IMG/VR virus record: IMGVR_UViG_3300020579_000009
Span: 14,748-78,747 of that record
Length of the DNA stretch: 64,000 nucleotides
Direction: 5' to 3' (one strand)
Source: a virus
Shown: positions 10,012-18,862 of the stretch, in pieces
Position numbering within the stretch: the stretch's first letter is position 1
Layout of the letters: each line of letters opens with the position of its first letter
Position numbers and translations under genes: made by a program
The notes under the pieces: generated by a model
Told to the model about the DNA's origin: nothing
The model's input: only the letters and a program-made list of their open reading frames with translations
Database searches by the model: none

Positions 10012-10284
10012 TTACTTTTTCTCCACATACTGCGGCATCCCAGGAATCTTGAAGCGCACTCGCTCCAGCATTTCCATTTTGCGTTTCTCCGTGAGCGGTT
10101 CCGGCTTCGCCAGTTGCTTCACCGCTTCCGCCAGCGGGTGCTCGTCAGGCAGGGGATTTAGTCCCTTGCTTTCCAGTATCTTGTCTATCAGTCCCCGGTT
10201 TGTCCGGTTGTGCTGATACTGCTGGACTGCCAACAGAAGTGCCAAAAGTCCGCTTGAGATATAACAGGCTAGGTGCGACTCCAA
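10012..10284 (-). CDS. Small membrane-anchored protein
   Basis: N-terminal hydrophobic helix; positional homolog 56476..56772. Confidence 0.6.
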   Translation of the reverse strand: MESHLACYISSGLLALLLAVQQYQHNRTNRGLIDKILESKGLNPLPDEHPLAEAVKQLAKPEPLTEKRKMEMLERVRFKIPGMPQYVEKK

Positions 10285-10323
10285 GCAGTTCCTCCTTTTC
10301 GTAATTGTCCCAATCTTTTTCGC

Positions 10324-10539
10324 TCATCGTGTCCTCTCTGGATGGCAGCGCGGGCACGCATGCCGCGTTCCTCCTTGCACATGCGTATCGAAGGGCTTGA
10401 GGTCATTGCGCGAGAAGCATTGCCCACAGATACTACACCGCATTACTTGACCGACAATCGGCTTGATGGCCGGAGCTTCTTTCAGCTCTTTCGCTTCCTG
10501 CGCAATTTGTGCTTCGAGCGCCGTTCTAGCGTCATCCAT
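10324..10539 (-). CDS. Small zinc-finger protein
   Basis: CSIC...CPRC; ELKEAPAI matches ELKEIQNAPPI of 56806..56997. Confidence 0.55.
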   Translation of the reverse strand: MDDARTALEAQIAQEAKELKEAPAIKPIVGQVMRCSICGQCFSRNDLKPFDTHVQGGTRHACPRCHPERTR

Positions 10540-10660
10540 GTTTCACTTTGACTTTCATCTTCATCTTGGCTTCGACTTTGGCTTTCTTCTTGTCGGGAGT
10601 TTTACCTTTTTGCGCCAGCTTCATCGCGGCCATGACCATCGGCTTCATCAGGTTGCCCAT
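10532..10660 (-). CDS. Small Lys-rich basic protein (42 aa, not in ORF track)
   Basis: MGNLMKPMVMAAMKLAQKGK...KMKVKVKHG; counterpart at 57640..57750. Confidence 0.5.
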   Translation of the reverse strand: MGNLMKPMVMAAMKLAQKGKTPDKKKAKVEAKMKMKVKVKHG

Positions 10661-10664
10661 GCCG

Positions 10665-11315
10665 CTAAGGTCTGCCATTGATTTCTCCTAGTAGGCGCTG
10701 CGCATCCTGCCACTGGAGCGTATCATCGTCGCGCCACTGACAGCATACGTCTCCCGCTGCAACTTCCGTTTGGAGCGCACGGCAAAATCCAGTTGCCGAT
10801 TCCCATTTCTCTTCTTTGCCTTCCGTCTGGTAGTGGTCGCAATCGTCGCCGCCGTTTATACCTCCGCAATTGGCTCCGCCGTATTTCTGGCCCGGCTTAG
10901 GAGCGTTAATCCAGATGAGCCCCATGTAATCGGGGTCGGAAGCAAACACCCGATAGAACGCTTCGCCCTTGTTCGTCTTGCCATAGAACTGCATGGAGCA
11001 GCACGGCCAGTACTCAATCTGCTTGGCGTCGGCAGTCGCTTCTTTCGGCCATATCAATTTCTTTATGATTTTGCGCGGGCCGATAAGCGAACAGGTTTCC
11101 GCTGTTTCGTTGTAGAACTGGCAGTTGTAGCAGGAGGCTGGTTCGTCGTTCATTTCCTCGGACGTGGTGAAAAGCGCTTCGCCTTTGGTGTTGACGACGG
11201 GAGATAGACTTGTAGGCGCTGAGAAGGCCATACGCATGGCGTTGACTTTCCTAAGCTGCTCCGGCCCGTAGACCGGAAAGCCGCCTTCGATGATTTTAAG
11301 ATCGCTTCTGCTCAC
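10665..11315 (-). CDS. Cys-rich protein with tandem HiPIP-like motifs
   Basis: CYNCQFY..C..WPCC and C..DDCDHY..GFC..CCQW; paralog 56978..57643. Confidence 0.7.
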   Translation of the reverse strand: MSRSDLKIIEGGFPVYGPEQLRKVNAMRMAFSAPTSLSPVVNTKGEALFTTSEEMNDEPASCYNCQFYNETAETCSLIGPRKIIKKLIWPKEATADAKQIEYWPCCSMQFYGKTNKGEAFYRVFASDPDYMGLIWINAPKPGQKYGGANCGGINGGDDCDHYQTEGKEEKWESATGFCRALQTEVAAGDVCCQWRDDDTLQWQDAQRLLGEINGRP

Positions 11316-11440
11316 GTTTCGCTCTGGCCTTGTCCACTCCTGAAATCGTGCCTTTATTTCTGCTAGCGTAGAAAACTGATTCCGCCTTTTTAGGGTCTTT
11401 ATACGTTCGCCGCATCGCGGCCATGATTTTATTCCCCTTC

Positions 11441-11758
11441 TCAGTTAAGGGCATGGTTCACGGGCTCAGGAATGTCGTCGCTGACCGATTGATTCAGTTC
11501 GCGCTGCATGGCGTGAAGGGCTTTGGTGATTTTCAGAATGAATTGCCCTTCGAGGAAAACAGGGGTGAAGTTCGCGGCGTCGATGAAGTCGGTGTCTTTC
11601 TTGTGGAGAAGTAGCCGCCAGCGGTCTTGGCCGAAAACCGGGAAAAGCAACTGGCCATTCGAGCCGTGATATTCGTAGCCTTCGGGGGGCAAGAGGACTT
11701 CAGCGAAAAGCGTTTCTACTAGTTCATCGGGCGTGGGCGGCGGAGGTGCCATGTTCAT
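11441..11758 (-). CDS. Hypothetical protein
   Basis: ATGA overlap with TerL stop; no counterpart seen in module B. Confidence 0.55.
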   Translation of the reverse strand: MNMAPPPPTPDELVETLFAEVLLPPEGYEYHGSNGQLLFPVFGQDRWRLLLHKKDTDFIDAANFTPVFLEGQFILKITKALHAMQRELNQSVSDDIPEPVNHALN

Positions 11759-13242
11759 TGCGGAGGAATCTCCCTAGCCTGTTGTACTCTTAAATCCTTA
11801 ATTCTCAAAGTGGAAAATCCGTGGCGGCGCAAAGGTTCCTTTTCCTTGTGTTCCTCGACGCGCTGCCAGTAGAGCCGTGAGGCTACGTCAAGCTTTGGAT
11901 TCTCCCACTTTTTCGGCAAAACAAGTTCGCTCGGAAGCGGCCTAAAGGTGTGAATCAGGTAGCGGATAGCGTCAGGACAATGGGAATTGGCGTGGCTCGG
12001 CTCGTTTTTCGGATTACCGGATTTGTCTTTTGCCCATTTATAAGTCGTTAGTTCGCGGATGGTGTTGGTGCAGGACTTGGCTACGAAGTAGCGCGGAGAG
12101 CCTTCTTTTCCGGTGAAAGGATGCTTTAGGCGAGGGTCGATGTGCATGTATTGGGCGACTTTGAAAAGGCCGGGTTTCACGTCCTTGATGGCTGCTTGGC
12201 CGGAGATGCCGTAATCTTCCAGCTCAATCGCCGCCGCTCTTTGGGCATAGTCGTAGGCCATGCCTTCGAGCTGACGGCCATCCATTTTTTCGTGGAACTG
12301 TTCGGCAATGGGTTTTACGCGGAGTTCCGAGCCGTAGATTTCGGCAAACTGGTAGAGATTGCCGTCCGGGGCCAAGCTCGCTATGGGGATAGCCCAAGGA
12401 TCGCCTTCTTCGCCGCCGCCAACGTCCGTGCCGACAAAAACAGGCCATTCTACGGGCGGTCTCTGGTGCCCGGAAAACACTTCCCAATCCCGCGCGTCAT
12501 CCCAGACGTGGGTATTATCGCCAAATTCCTTATAAATCAGGTCGGTAAAGTCGGTGAAACTTCCGTTTACGAAGCGGTCGTACCAGTCCGGTGGATAGAG
12601 GCATTTTCTGCGGATGTGATATTCCTCCGGCAGAAAGACGTTCTCCATCGAAGTCGCGCCGATGCCAAGATTCAGGCTTTTCATTTCCGCCGAGCGGTCG
12701 GGGTCGAAGAAATACCGCCACTGGTAGTCGTGCCCGGCTGGGTTTGAGGCGCTACGGTAGATTCTTCGTGAAACGTTTTTGCGTCTCAGGCGTCCGGTAA
12801 GCATCAGGAACACTTCTTCGGAGACTTCGCTGGCCTCATCTACCCCGGCAAAGCTCAAATTTAAGCTGCGGATGTGGCCTGTCACTTTAGGGTCGGAAAT
12901 ATCGAGATGCCGGAAAATGACTTGATGGCCGTTAGAGAATGTCCAAGTCTTTTTGGCTTCCGCCCAATCGCCCATGCTAGATGGCACTAGTTCAAGGAAC
13001 GTTTTCATGGTGGTGGATTCAAGGGCTGGCATATTGAGGCGTCCGAGGAGGGAAAAACCGTTCGGCTCGATAACGGCGTTGCAGATACAGGACGTACAGA
13101 GGGAGACGGATTTGCTTGCGCCTTCTCCGCCGACGAAGGCTACTGCGAAATACTTCGAGGTTACGAATTCCTTGGCTTTTGGTAACTTTTCAAGTCCCGC
13201 GATTGCGTCAGCGAGTTCTAGTTCTCCGGTGTAGAAGCCCAC
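11755..13242 (-). CDS. terL: Terminase large subunit, module A (atypical ATPase motifs)
   Basis: Walker A-like GGEGASKS, Walker B FAGVDEA, motif III SNP, nuclease GTDVG, YDYA, HCPDAIRY. Confidence 0.9.
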   Translation of the reverse strand: MGFYTGELELADAIAGLEKLPKAKEFVTSKYFAVAFVGGEGASKSVSLCTSCICNAVIEPNGFSLLGRLNMPALESTTMKTFLELVPSSMGDWAEAKKTWTFSNGHQVIFRHLDISDPKVTGHIRSLNLSFAGVDEASEVSEEVFLMLTGRLRRKNVSRRIYRSASNPAGHDYQWRYFFDPDRSAEMKSLNLGIGATSMENVFLPEEYHIRRKCLYPPDWYDRFVNGSFTDFTDLIYKEFGDNTHVWDDARDWEVFSGHQRPPVEWPVFVGTDVGGGEEGDPWAIPIASLAPDGNLYQFAEIYGSELRVKPIAEQFHEKMDGRQLEGMAYDYAQRAAAIELEDYGISGQAAIKDVKPGLFKVAQYMHIDPRLKHPFTGKEGSPRYFVAKSCTNTIRELTTYKWAKDKSGNPKNEPSHANSHCPDAIRYLIHTFRPLPSELVLPKKWENPKLDVASRLYWQRVEEHKEKEPLRRHGFSTLRIKDLRVQQAREIPPQ

Positions 13243-13406
13243 TTATGCCAGCCTTCGACTAACGCCTGCCTATGAATCTTGCGCTGTTTCTCTTCCCAGC
13301 GGCTTGCGCCGTCTATCTTATCCCAAATATAGAATCCCACTAGCGTCCAAAAGGCTACCGTGAACATCTGGCCCCAGGTGGCTTCGAAGTTCGGTTGATG
13401 GTACAT
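13218..13406 (-). CDS. Small membrane protein
   Basis: Single hydrophobic helix, overlaps terL start. Confidence 0.5.
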   Translation of the reverse strand: MYHQPNFEATWGQMFTVAFWTLVGFYIWDKIDGASRWEEKQRKIHRQALVEGWHKWASTPEN

Positions 13407-13930
13407 CAGATTCCTCCATGCCGCGCGGTAAATGCTATGCCGTAGGCGTTGCCGGAGCCCAAATATAGTCTCGGCAACCGTTCAAGTTTGTGATGGCCTG
13501 TCCTATGGAGCAAAAACGAAAGACCCTCACCGGCCCCGTAGAAGGCAAGCTGAAAGCCCACCATCCCAGCGCAACTCTGAGTAGGCAGGTTCATCTCGCG
13601 CTCGCCCCGTGCCAGAAAACGGCAGGTAATCGCTGAATCCGTCGCGGCCAAAGTCCCGGCTGCGGCTAGTTCCAGTTTTGCGAAGCGGTCGTAAAAGCGA
13701 TGTTTGGTGAAAGGGCTTTCCGGTTCGGCGTGATAGGCCGTGCCACTATCCTTTGGAGGGTTCCCCGCGCGCCTTTCGGCAAGCACTACTGGCTTCACCT
13801 CTCGGCTAAGCGCCCACGGTTCACCTTGTCTCGCCAACCCCGTACTTACCCTCTCCTCATGCGCTGGCTCAGTCTGTGCGCCACAGAATTGAGCCATAGC
13901 TCCAAGAGCAAAAAGCAAAAGTCCGCTCAT
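13406..13930 (-). CDS. Secreted/membrane hypothetical protein
   Basis: Likely start MSGLLLFALG at 13930 (ATGA overlap); C-terminal half nearly identical to 60320..60730. Confidence 0.65.
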   Translation of the reverse strand: MSGLLLFALGAMAQFCGAQTEPAHEERVSTGLARQGEPWALSREVKPVVLAERRAGNPPKDSGTAYHAEPESPFTKHRFYDRFAKLELAAAGTLAATDSAITCRFLARGEREMNLPTQSCAGMVGFQLAFYGAGEGLSFLLHRTGHHKLERLPRLYLGSGNAYGIAFTARHGGI

Positions 13931-14289
13931 TCGATTATCGCCAGTCCCCCGCATTGCCAGCAGCGGAAACTCTTTGCGACCCCGTGCTTGCATGTTTTAG
14001 CAGTATGTCTATGTTCACCAACTCCACCCGATGTGGATTCGGATTCTGCGTTATTAGCAGGTAAAGCTGCTGCCGTAGGTCGCTCAGGCGCACTAATCCG
14101 CCGTTTTGCCACACGTACTGACGTAGGCCGTGGCAGTCCCGAATTGTCCTCAAGTTCTCCAAGTAGTGTCTCCCGCATCCACTCCACCAGCGTCTTGCCC
14201 TCTCCCCGCGCCCGCTTCTCCATCCTGTCGGCGTCTCCTGATTCTACGTAAACCACTAATCGAGCCCGCTGGTCGAAGATTCTTCGCAC
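13927..14289 (-). CDS. Ribbon-helix-helix-like DNA-binding protein with C-terminal Cys/His knuckle
   Basis: RLVVYVE...MEKRARGEGKTLVEWMRETL is CopG/Arc-like; CKHG...CWQC; paralog 60727..61080. Confidence 0.55.
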   Translation of the reverse strand: MRRIFDQRARLVVYVESGDADRMEKRARGEGKTLVEWMRETLLGELEDNSGLPRPTSVRVAKRRISAPERPTAAALPANNAESESTSGGVGEHRHTAKTCKHGVAKSFRCWQCGGLAIIE

Positions 14290-14294
14290 TCGCC

Positions 14295-14326
14295 AAACCT
14301 ATAGCATGTCGTATATATGTGTCAAG
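14295..14326 (-). promoter_or_regulatory. Sigma70-type promoter for the regulator/terL operon (A)
   Basis: Minus strand TTGACA followed by TATAGG/TAGGTT just before the GTG start; same -35 context conserved in module B (61113-61137). Confidence 0.5.
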
Positions 14327-14402
14327 AGAATTCGCAAAAGTTGTGGATGAAGATATGCATTGGCAAAGGGGTCCCCCTCTTTTCGGCTGCTTCCCTTAGC
14401 CA

Positions 14403-14517
14403 GTACTGGTAGTCCTGAGGCGTCCCATAAGACTTATTGTGTTAACTAGGATGTGATGATACTAAAGGACTTAGCTTACACTTGCACAATTATGGTGCAA
14501 TGGTACACTATTTGTCT
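14403..14517. repeat. Conserved non-coding block, copy 1
   Basis: Near-identical to 61206..61320, with exact 32 nt and 25 nt stretches. Confidence 0.9.
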
Positions 14518-14963
14518 GGAGTAACGTCTATTGCGGAGTCTTGCTTAACTGGAGTGTTTGGCTGTACTTGCATAAGATTCTGGATAGCAATCGTCAGACC
14601 GGGATCAGGGGCTTTGCCTTGCTTCGAGTTTAATGGCCAGATAGTATTTTCAAGGACCTTAATTGCCATGTTTTCAGAGTTTTGCGAGAGTCTATGCTTT
14701 GCGACGCGAATGCTTTCCGGGATCAGGTCCATACTCGCAAGTCTTTCTCTCTGAAGTGTCTCATCGAAATTGTTCAGGTCTATCACGTTTGTAACCGTGT
14801 TATAGGCTATGCCTAGGTCTCTTTTAATCTTTAGCTTAGACTGCCCATTAGCTCTTTTTGCCAGAATTGCAGACTGAATAGCAGGGGCTTTCCTTGAGGA
14901 CTTTGGCCGATACGCTTTCTTATTGGCTGTAACAGTCTCTAATTGCGGAGAATCGGTGCTCAT
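14508..14963 (-). CDS. Putative terminase small subunit (HTH), module A
   Basis: HTH ANGQSKLKIKRDLGIAYNTV, C-terminal IDVTPDK, upstream of terL; paralog 61311..61802. Confidence 0.55.
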   Translation of the reverse strand: MSTDSPQLETVTANKKAYRPKSSRKAPAIQSAILAKRANGQSKLKIKRDLGIAYNTVTNVIDLNNFDETLQRERLASMDLIPESIRVAKHRLSQNSENMAIKVLENTIWPLNSKQGKAPDPGLTIAIQNLMQVQPNTPVKQDSAIDVTPDK

Positions 14964-14969
14964 GCCTGG

Positions 14970-14999
14970 AGTATCGCGCGGACCTGCCTGCTATTGCAA
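14970..14999 (-). promoter_or_regulatory. Promoter giving a probably leaderless terS-like transcript
   Basis: TTGCAA-18nt-GATACT, then ATG 6 nt later. Confidence 0.45.
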
Positions 15000-15000
15000 G

Positions 15001-15034
15001 AAAAAAAGGCCAGAGTTTTTAGGCTCTGGCCTTT
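15001..15034 (-). terminator. Intrinsic terminator of the AAA/vWA operon
   Basis: AAAGGCCAGAG/CTCTGGCCTTT stem followed by a T-run on the minus strand. Confidence 0.75.
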
Positions 15035-15052
15035 GGGTTTGAGTGTTTTCTG

Positions 15053-15247
15053 CTACTTGCGCGTGTAGGCTAGGAATTTTTCGCGCTGAAAATAGGGGTT
15101 GAATTGCCTGCAAACGTCTGCGATCTTGCGGCAGTCTACGTCCCACTGACTTTCGGCCATGTCTGTTAGGACGTTTGGGTTGATAGGCTTTAACGGTCTC
15201 GCGGACCGTAGCGCATCTGCTAGGGCAATGAAGTGTTTGCGTGTCAT
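15053..15247 (-). CDS. Small hypothetical phage protein
   Basis: MTRKHFIALADAL...FNPYFQREKFL resembles a recurrent early phage small protein. Confidence 0.65.
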   Translation of the reverse strand: MTRKHFIALADALRSARPLKPINPNVLTDMAESQWDVDCRKIADVCRQFNPYFQREKFLAYTRK

Positions 15248-16482
15248 GGTTTGGCCGCCAGTCGGAAGTACTCTGGTAGGCTGGAAACATAGAGAATATT
15301 ATTCTCCGCGCATTTGTTGCGGCATTCGAGCGTAAGCAAGGGGTGTGGCGCGTCCCCTACTCCCGTTACCACGCCGTCACATATCCAGACTTTTGGTCCG
15401 CGCTGTCTGGCAAGCCAGTCTAGGGCAGGTCCGTCCACCCCGTTACCGTCGCCCATTCTTTCCGGGTTGGACGCGTATCGTCCGTTTTGCGCGAAGATAA
15501 TGAGCCAGCCGTCCCTTTTGCCGTCTGAACAGTATCCCGCTATGGTTGCGGCTGGCGCTGTCTTTAGCAGTTCTACCAGGTCCCCGCTGGATAGGTTCAT
15601 CGATCCCGATATGTCTATTAGGATATTTCCGCCAATGCTAGGGACCTTGCGATCCCATGCCATGCCATCAAACGCCGGGAGTAAGGCGCGTAAGGGATTA
15701 CGGAATGCTCCCATAAACCCTGCCTTGCGTTTGTGGCCTAGTCTCATCCGCGAAATAGACTTGTCTAGGTTAGGTTTGACAATTTCCATGTCGCACCATT
15801 CCGGGGTTTCGTTGAAAAGACGCGGCAGGGTAGTACTGCCCTTGGCGTCCAATTTGGACAGGTCCTCGCGTTCCGTTTGGGGTTTGCCAAAATAAGATTC
15901 TAGGGTTTTGGCCGTGAGGATTATTTTGTCGGTAACTTCAGACGGGATGCGTGTTTTGCCTTTCATGCTTGCGCCGATAGCGCGAAGCGTTAGGCTGGCC
16001 GTTTTGAGCACGGCCATGTCACGCGCGTTCAGTACTTTATCGGTTATCTTGTTTTTTACGCTGAGAATCTGCAAGGCGCGCTGTGCGTGTATCTCGCGGA
16101 TGAATTCTTGCGGTATCTCGCCGTCAATTTTCGGCATGGGCAGGTTTTTAATGCTGTCCACACCTTGCGCAAAGGCAAACCCGTTAACGATGTTATCTAG
16201 GACGGGTTGTACCCATTCATTCTTGGCGCAATGGAACGTCCGGTCTATATCTGGGGTTATCGCGTCAACGGCAAGGTGAGCGTATTCATGCGCGCGGATC
16301 GCTATGTCCTTATCTTCATTTGTCAGTGGCACGCCAAAGGCACGGCCAGTGTAAGAGGTAGTTCCAGCCGTGCCTTGCATCGGATCGCAGACCGTGTATT
16401 CTCCGTTTCCCCTGCCTGCTACGGCTGGAACTGGAATGTACTTACGGTCCTTGGCGCGTTTTTTGAGTATTTGAGGTATCAC
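15244..16482 (-). CDS. HExxH metallopeptidase-like plus vWA (MIDAS) protein
   Basis: AHEYAH, ILIDISGSM (DxSxS), WICDG; coupled to AAA gene. Confidence 0.75.
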   Translation of the reverse strand: MIPQILKKRAKDRKYIPVPAVAGRGNGEYTVCDPMQGTAGTTSYTGRAFGVPLTNEDKDIAIRAHEYAHLAVDAITPDIDRTFHCAKNEWVQPVLDNIVNGFAFAQGVDSIKNLPMPKIDGEIPQEFIREIHAQRALQILSVKNKITDKVLNARDMAVLKTASLTLRAIGASMKGKTRIPSEVTDKIILTAKTLESYFGKPQTEREDLSKLDAKGSTTLPRLFNETPEWCDMEIVKPNLDKSISRMRLGHKRKAGFMGAFRNPLRALLPAFDGMAWDRKVPSIGGNILIDISGSMNLSSGDLVELLKTAPAATIAGYCSDGKRDGWLIIFAQNGRYASNPERMGDGNGVDGPALDWLARQRGPKVWICDGVVTGVGDAPHPLLTLECRNKCAENNILYVSSLPEYFRLAAKP

Positions 16483-17177
16483 GCGACACCCCGCAGTTTG
16501 AGGGTGTCGGTTATGTCCTTGGCGCGTTCCGCATAAGCAAGGACAGAGGCAGTTTCCATGTCCACCCCTGCATTGCGAAGCTTGGCGTAGGCGAAGCTAG
16601 CGCGGGTGGAAATAGCGCGGGAGCTGTCTTTCCAGGAGTCCTTTACCGCGTCCCCTAACCCTGCCCATGCCGAATTCAGCGCGGAAATTAGTCCGGGATG
16701 AGGATCAACCAAATTGATTACACACTCGCACCTATCCCGCAAGGCAGGATCAAGCTCATCGGCTGTATCGTTGGAAGTAATCACGGCGCGAAAATTCCTG
16801 TTCGCCGTTACGGTCTCGCCGTCCGCCAAGGTAATTCTCGCGGAGTCCTTGCTGTCTAGGACGGCCAGTAATGCATCCTTTACAGCACCAGACGCGCGGG
16901 ACAGCTCATTAATTACCAGAGTCTTTCCTTCCCGGAATGCCGTCACTACAGGTCCATCATGGTAGACAAAGGCATTTCCTTCCGGGATATAGTGGCCAAA
17001 CAATTCCTGCACAACAGTATCCTCTGAGAGATTCAGGGACACCGTATTACTTGGATTCTCTCCCCCTTGCGCTGTGAACGTTTTTCCGATACCGGGTTTC
17101 CCGCAAACGCAAACAACCCGCAAGTGTTGGATCGCGGTATCCAGTAAGGACCATGCATTTAGATTAGTAGTAGTCAT
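16479..17177 (-). CDS. MoxR/CobS-like AAA+ ATPase
   Basis: Walker A GKPGIGKT, Walker B-like LVINE, ITSN, LDPALRDR; likely start MTTTN at 17177 with SD AAGGA. Confidence 0.85.
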   Translation of the reverse strand: MTTTNLNAWSLLDTAIQHLRVVCVCGKPGIGKTFTAQGGENPSNTVSLNLSEDTVVQELFGHYIPEGNAFVYHDGPVVTAFREGKTLVINELSRASGAVKDALLAVLDSKDSARITLADGETVTANRNFRAVITSNDTADELDPALRDRCECVINLVDPHPGLISALNSAWAGLGDAVKDSWKDSSRAISTRASFAYAKLRNAGVDMETASVLAYAERAKDITDTLKLRGVA

Positions 17178-17239
17178 GTCGGTTTTTCCTTTTCTTGATT
17201 CAGATTCGGGTTGCCCATGCGAGGACACCCCGTAGGCAT

Positions 17240-17268
17240 AGAGTAGACTGTAGCGTGTAGCAATGCAA
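17240..17268 (-). promoter_or_regulatory. Promoter of AAA/vWA operon
   Basis: TTGCAT-17nt-TACTCT. Confidence 0.55.
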
Positions 17269-17600
17269 GTGAATAATCGCCTGTCTCGACAAATGTAACT
17301 AGTAGTACGCGTATGAATTACGCGAATTGTCTTGACATGGGAAAACAATAGGGTGTAAAAACTACAGTGTAGTTTGTCGGTTCCATGCGAGTACGGGATA
17401 TCGGGAGTTTAACGGTACTGGTATCCCGTTACTATCCAAACGTACAGTACTACGCCATTAAGGGGAGTTTTTGTTACTCTCAAAAAAGCCGGGGGTTTTT
17501 GGAAAATTTCCTATATATGGCCCGCAAAAATTTTTGAAATTCATCCTGTGGGAAGTAGGACCCATGCCAAGGGACCCTCTCTGCCCGATTGGAGCCGAAC

Positions 17601-17885
17601 ATGCCCATTAAACTAATGGAAAATGAAAAAGATTCTATTCCCAAGCCTAAAGTGAAAGCGGTTATACGCCAAACGAAGATTTGGCAAGAAGCCGTAGAGT
17701 TCCTTGCTGGCGGCAAGCCGTTTGAAATCAAGCTGCCCAAGAATTTCCTGCTCGCGCAGGGCATCACCGATCCGGTGGTATCTTTTAAGGTTTCGCTTCA
17801 GCGCTTTGCGGAACGCAAGGGTTTCCGCTACCGCATCTATATCGTGGACGCTGTGATCTATTGCGTCCCAGTACTCACATCCTGA
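17601..17885 (+). CDS. Hypothetical (possible DNA-binding) protein
   Basis: SD GGAG before MPIKL. Confidence 0.55.
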   Translation: MPIKLMENEKDSIPKPKVKAVIRQTKIWQEAVEFLAGGKPFEIKLPKNFLLAQGITDPVVSFKVSLQRFAERKGFRYRIYIVDAVIYCVPVLTS

Positions 17886-17895
17886 AAATTGGTAC

Positions 17896-17924
17896 TTGAC
17901 GTAGTAGTAGCAGTAGCACATAGT
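17896..17924 (+). promoter_or_regulatory. Promoter with (TAG)n spacer
   Basis: TTGACG-17nt-CATAGT; region contains GTAGTAGTAG. Confidence 0.6.
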
Positions 17925-17942
17925 CGGCGGCAGGAGGCAATC

Positions 17943-18245
17943 ATGCCGAAAGCATCATTGAGTAATGACAAGCGCCAAGCACTGATGGACGACATCAGGC
18001 AGGGCTTGAGAATGAAAGACATTGAAAAGAAGTACGGAGTCACTGGTGGTACGGTCAGCTATTATCAGAACAAGATTGGCAAGCCTGGACGTAACGGGCA
18101 TCGCCGCATCGCTCCCATCGTTCTAGGCTCTACGATTGACAACGCCCGCTCCAGTAAAGAACAAGTCGCTGAACTGGTGGATTTGCTGTGGACGCGGCTG
18201 CCGTTGCCGGAGAAGCTGGCTATCCTCAAAGGAATAAGCCGATGA
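17943..18245 (+). CDS. HTH DNA-binding protein
   Basis: QGLRMKDIEKKYGVTGGTVSYY; SD AGGAGG. Confidence 0.7.
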   Translation: MPKASLSNDKRQALMDDIRQGLRMKDIEKKYGVTGGTVSYYQNKIGKPGRNGHRRIAPIVLGSTIDNARSSKEQVAELVDLLWTRLPLPEKLAILKGISR

Positions 18246-18721
18246 AAAGGAAAGAGAAGTCCCTAAGTCTGGCCACCGTCAGGAAATTCTTCCCAGACGT
18301 AACCAGCGTAACCGACGCCGACGACAACACCATCCTTGAAGTCACCCGCACAGATTCCAGTTCCGGTACTACCAAGAGTCATAACCATTGCGCCTTTGCC
18401 AAGGCTTGCCAACGCAAGTTCCAAGCCCGTGGAGTGATTGTCTCTGTGAAAACCTGCTACATCATCAAAAAGGACGCGGCTATACGCTTCATTCTGCCGG
18501 AGAGCGTCAGCCGAGAGATTGTTTCCTTTGACCGCAAGGGCGGGTTTGCCGAAGGCCACTACCAACTGAACGCCCCTACCAGCTCACATCGTCTTGGTGC
18601 TCGCCAGGAACGCGCCGAAGGCGTGCATGTAACGAAAAATGCCAGCAAGCGCAAATTTCGCCACTTTACTTCCGGTATCAGGGCTATGCTGCACGGCAAG
18701 AGGATTGACGAGGTTGCGTAA
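18242..18721 (+). CDS. Hypothetical protein (TDADD family, copy 1)
   Basis: Paralog of 23436..23915 (VTDADD, PESVSREIVSFDR / PEAVSKEVVSFDR). Confidence 0.75.
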   Translation: MKRKEKSLSLATVRKFFPDVTSVTDADDNTILEVTRTDSSSGTTKSHNHCAFAKACQRKFQARGVIVSVKTCYIIKKDAAIRFILPESVSREIVSFDRKGGFAEGHYQLNAPTSSHRLGARQERAEGVHVTKNASKRKFRHFTSGIRAMLHGKRIDEVA

Positions 18722-18862
18722 AAGCAAGAAAAAGCCGCTCTATCGCTGCACGTTTTGCGGGCATCGCTCGCGCCGTACTGGGGAATGCCCCTTCTGCGGA
18801 CAGCTTAGGAAGGACCCTTTGGGCCGTGAACTAGAGCGCAGAAGGGCTAGGAGATACCAGGA

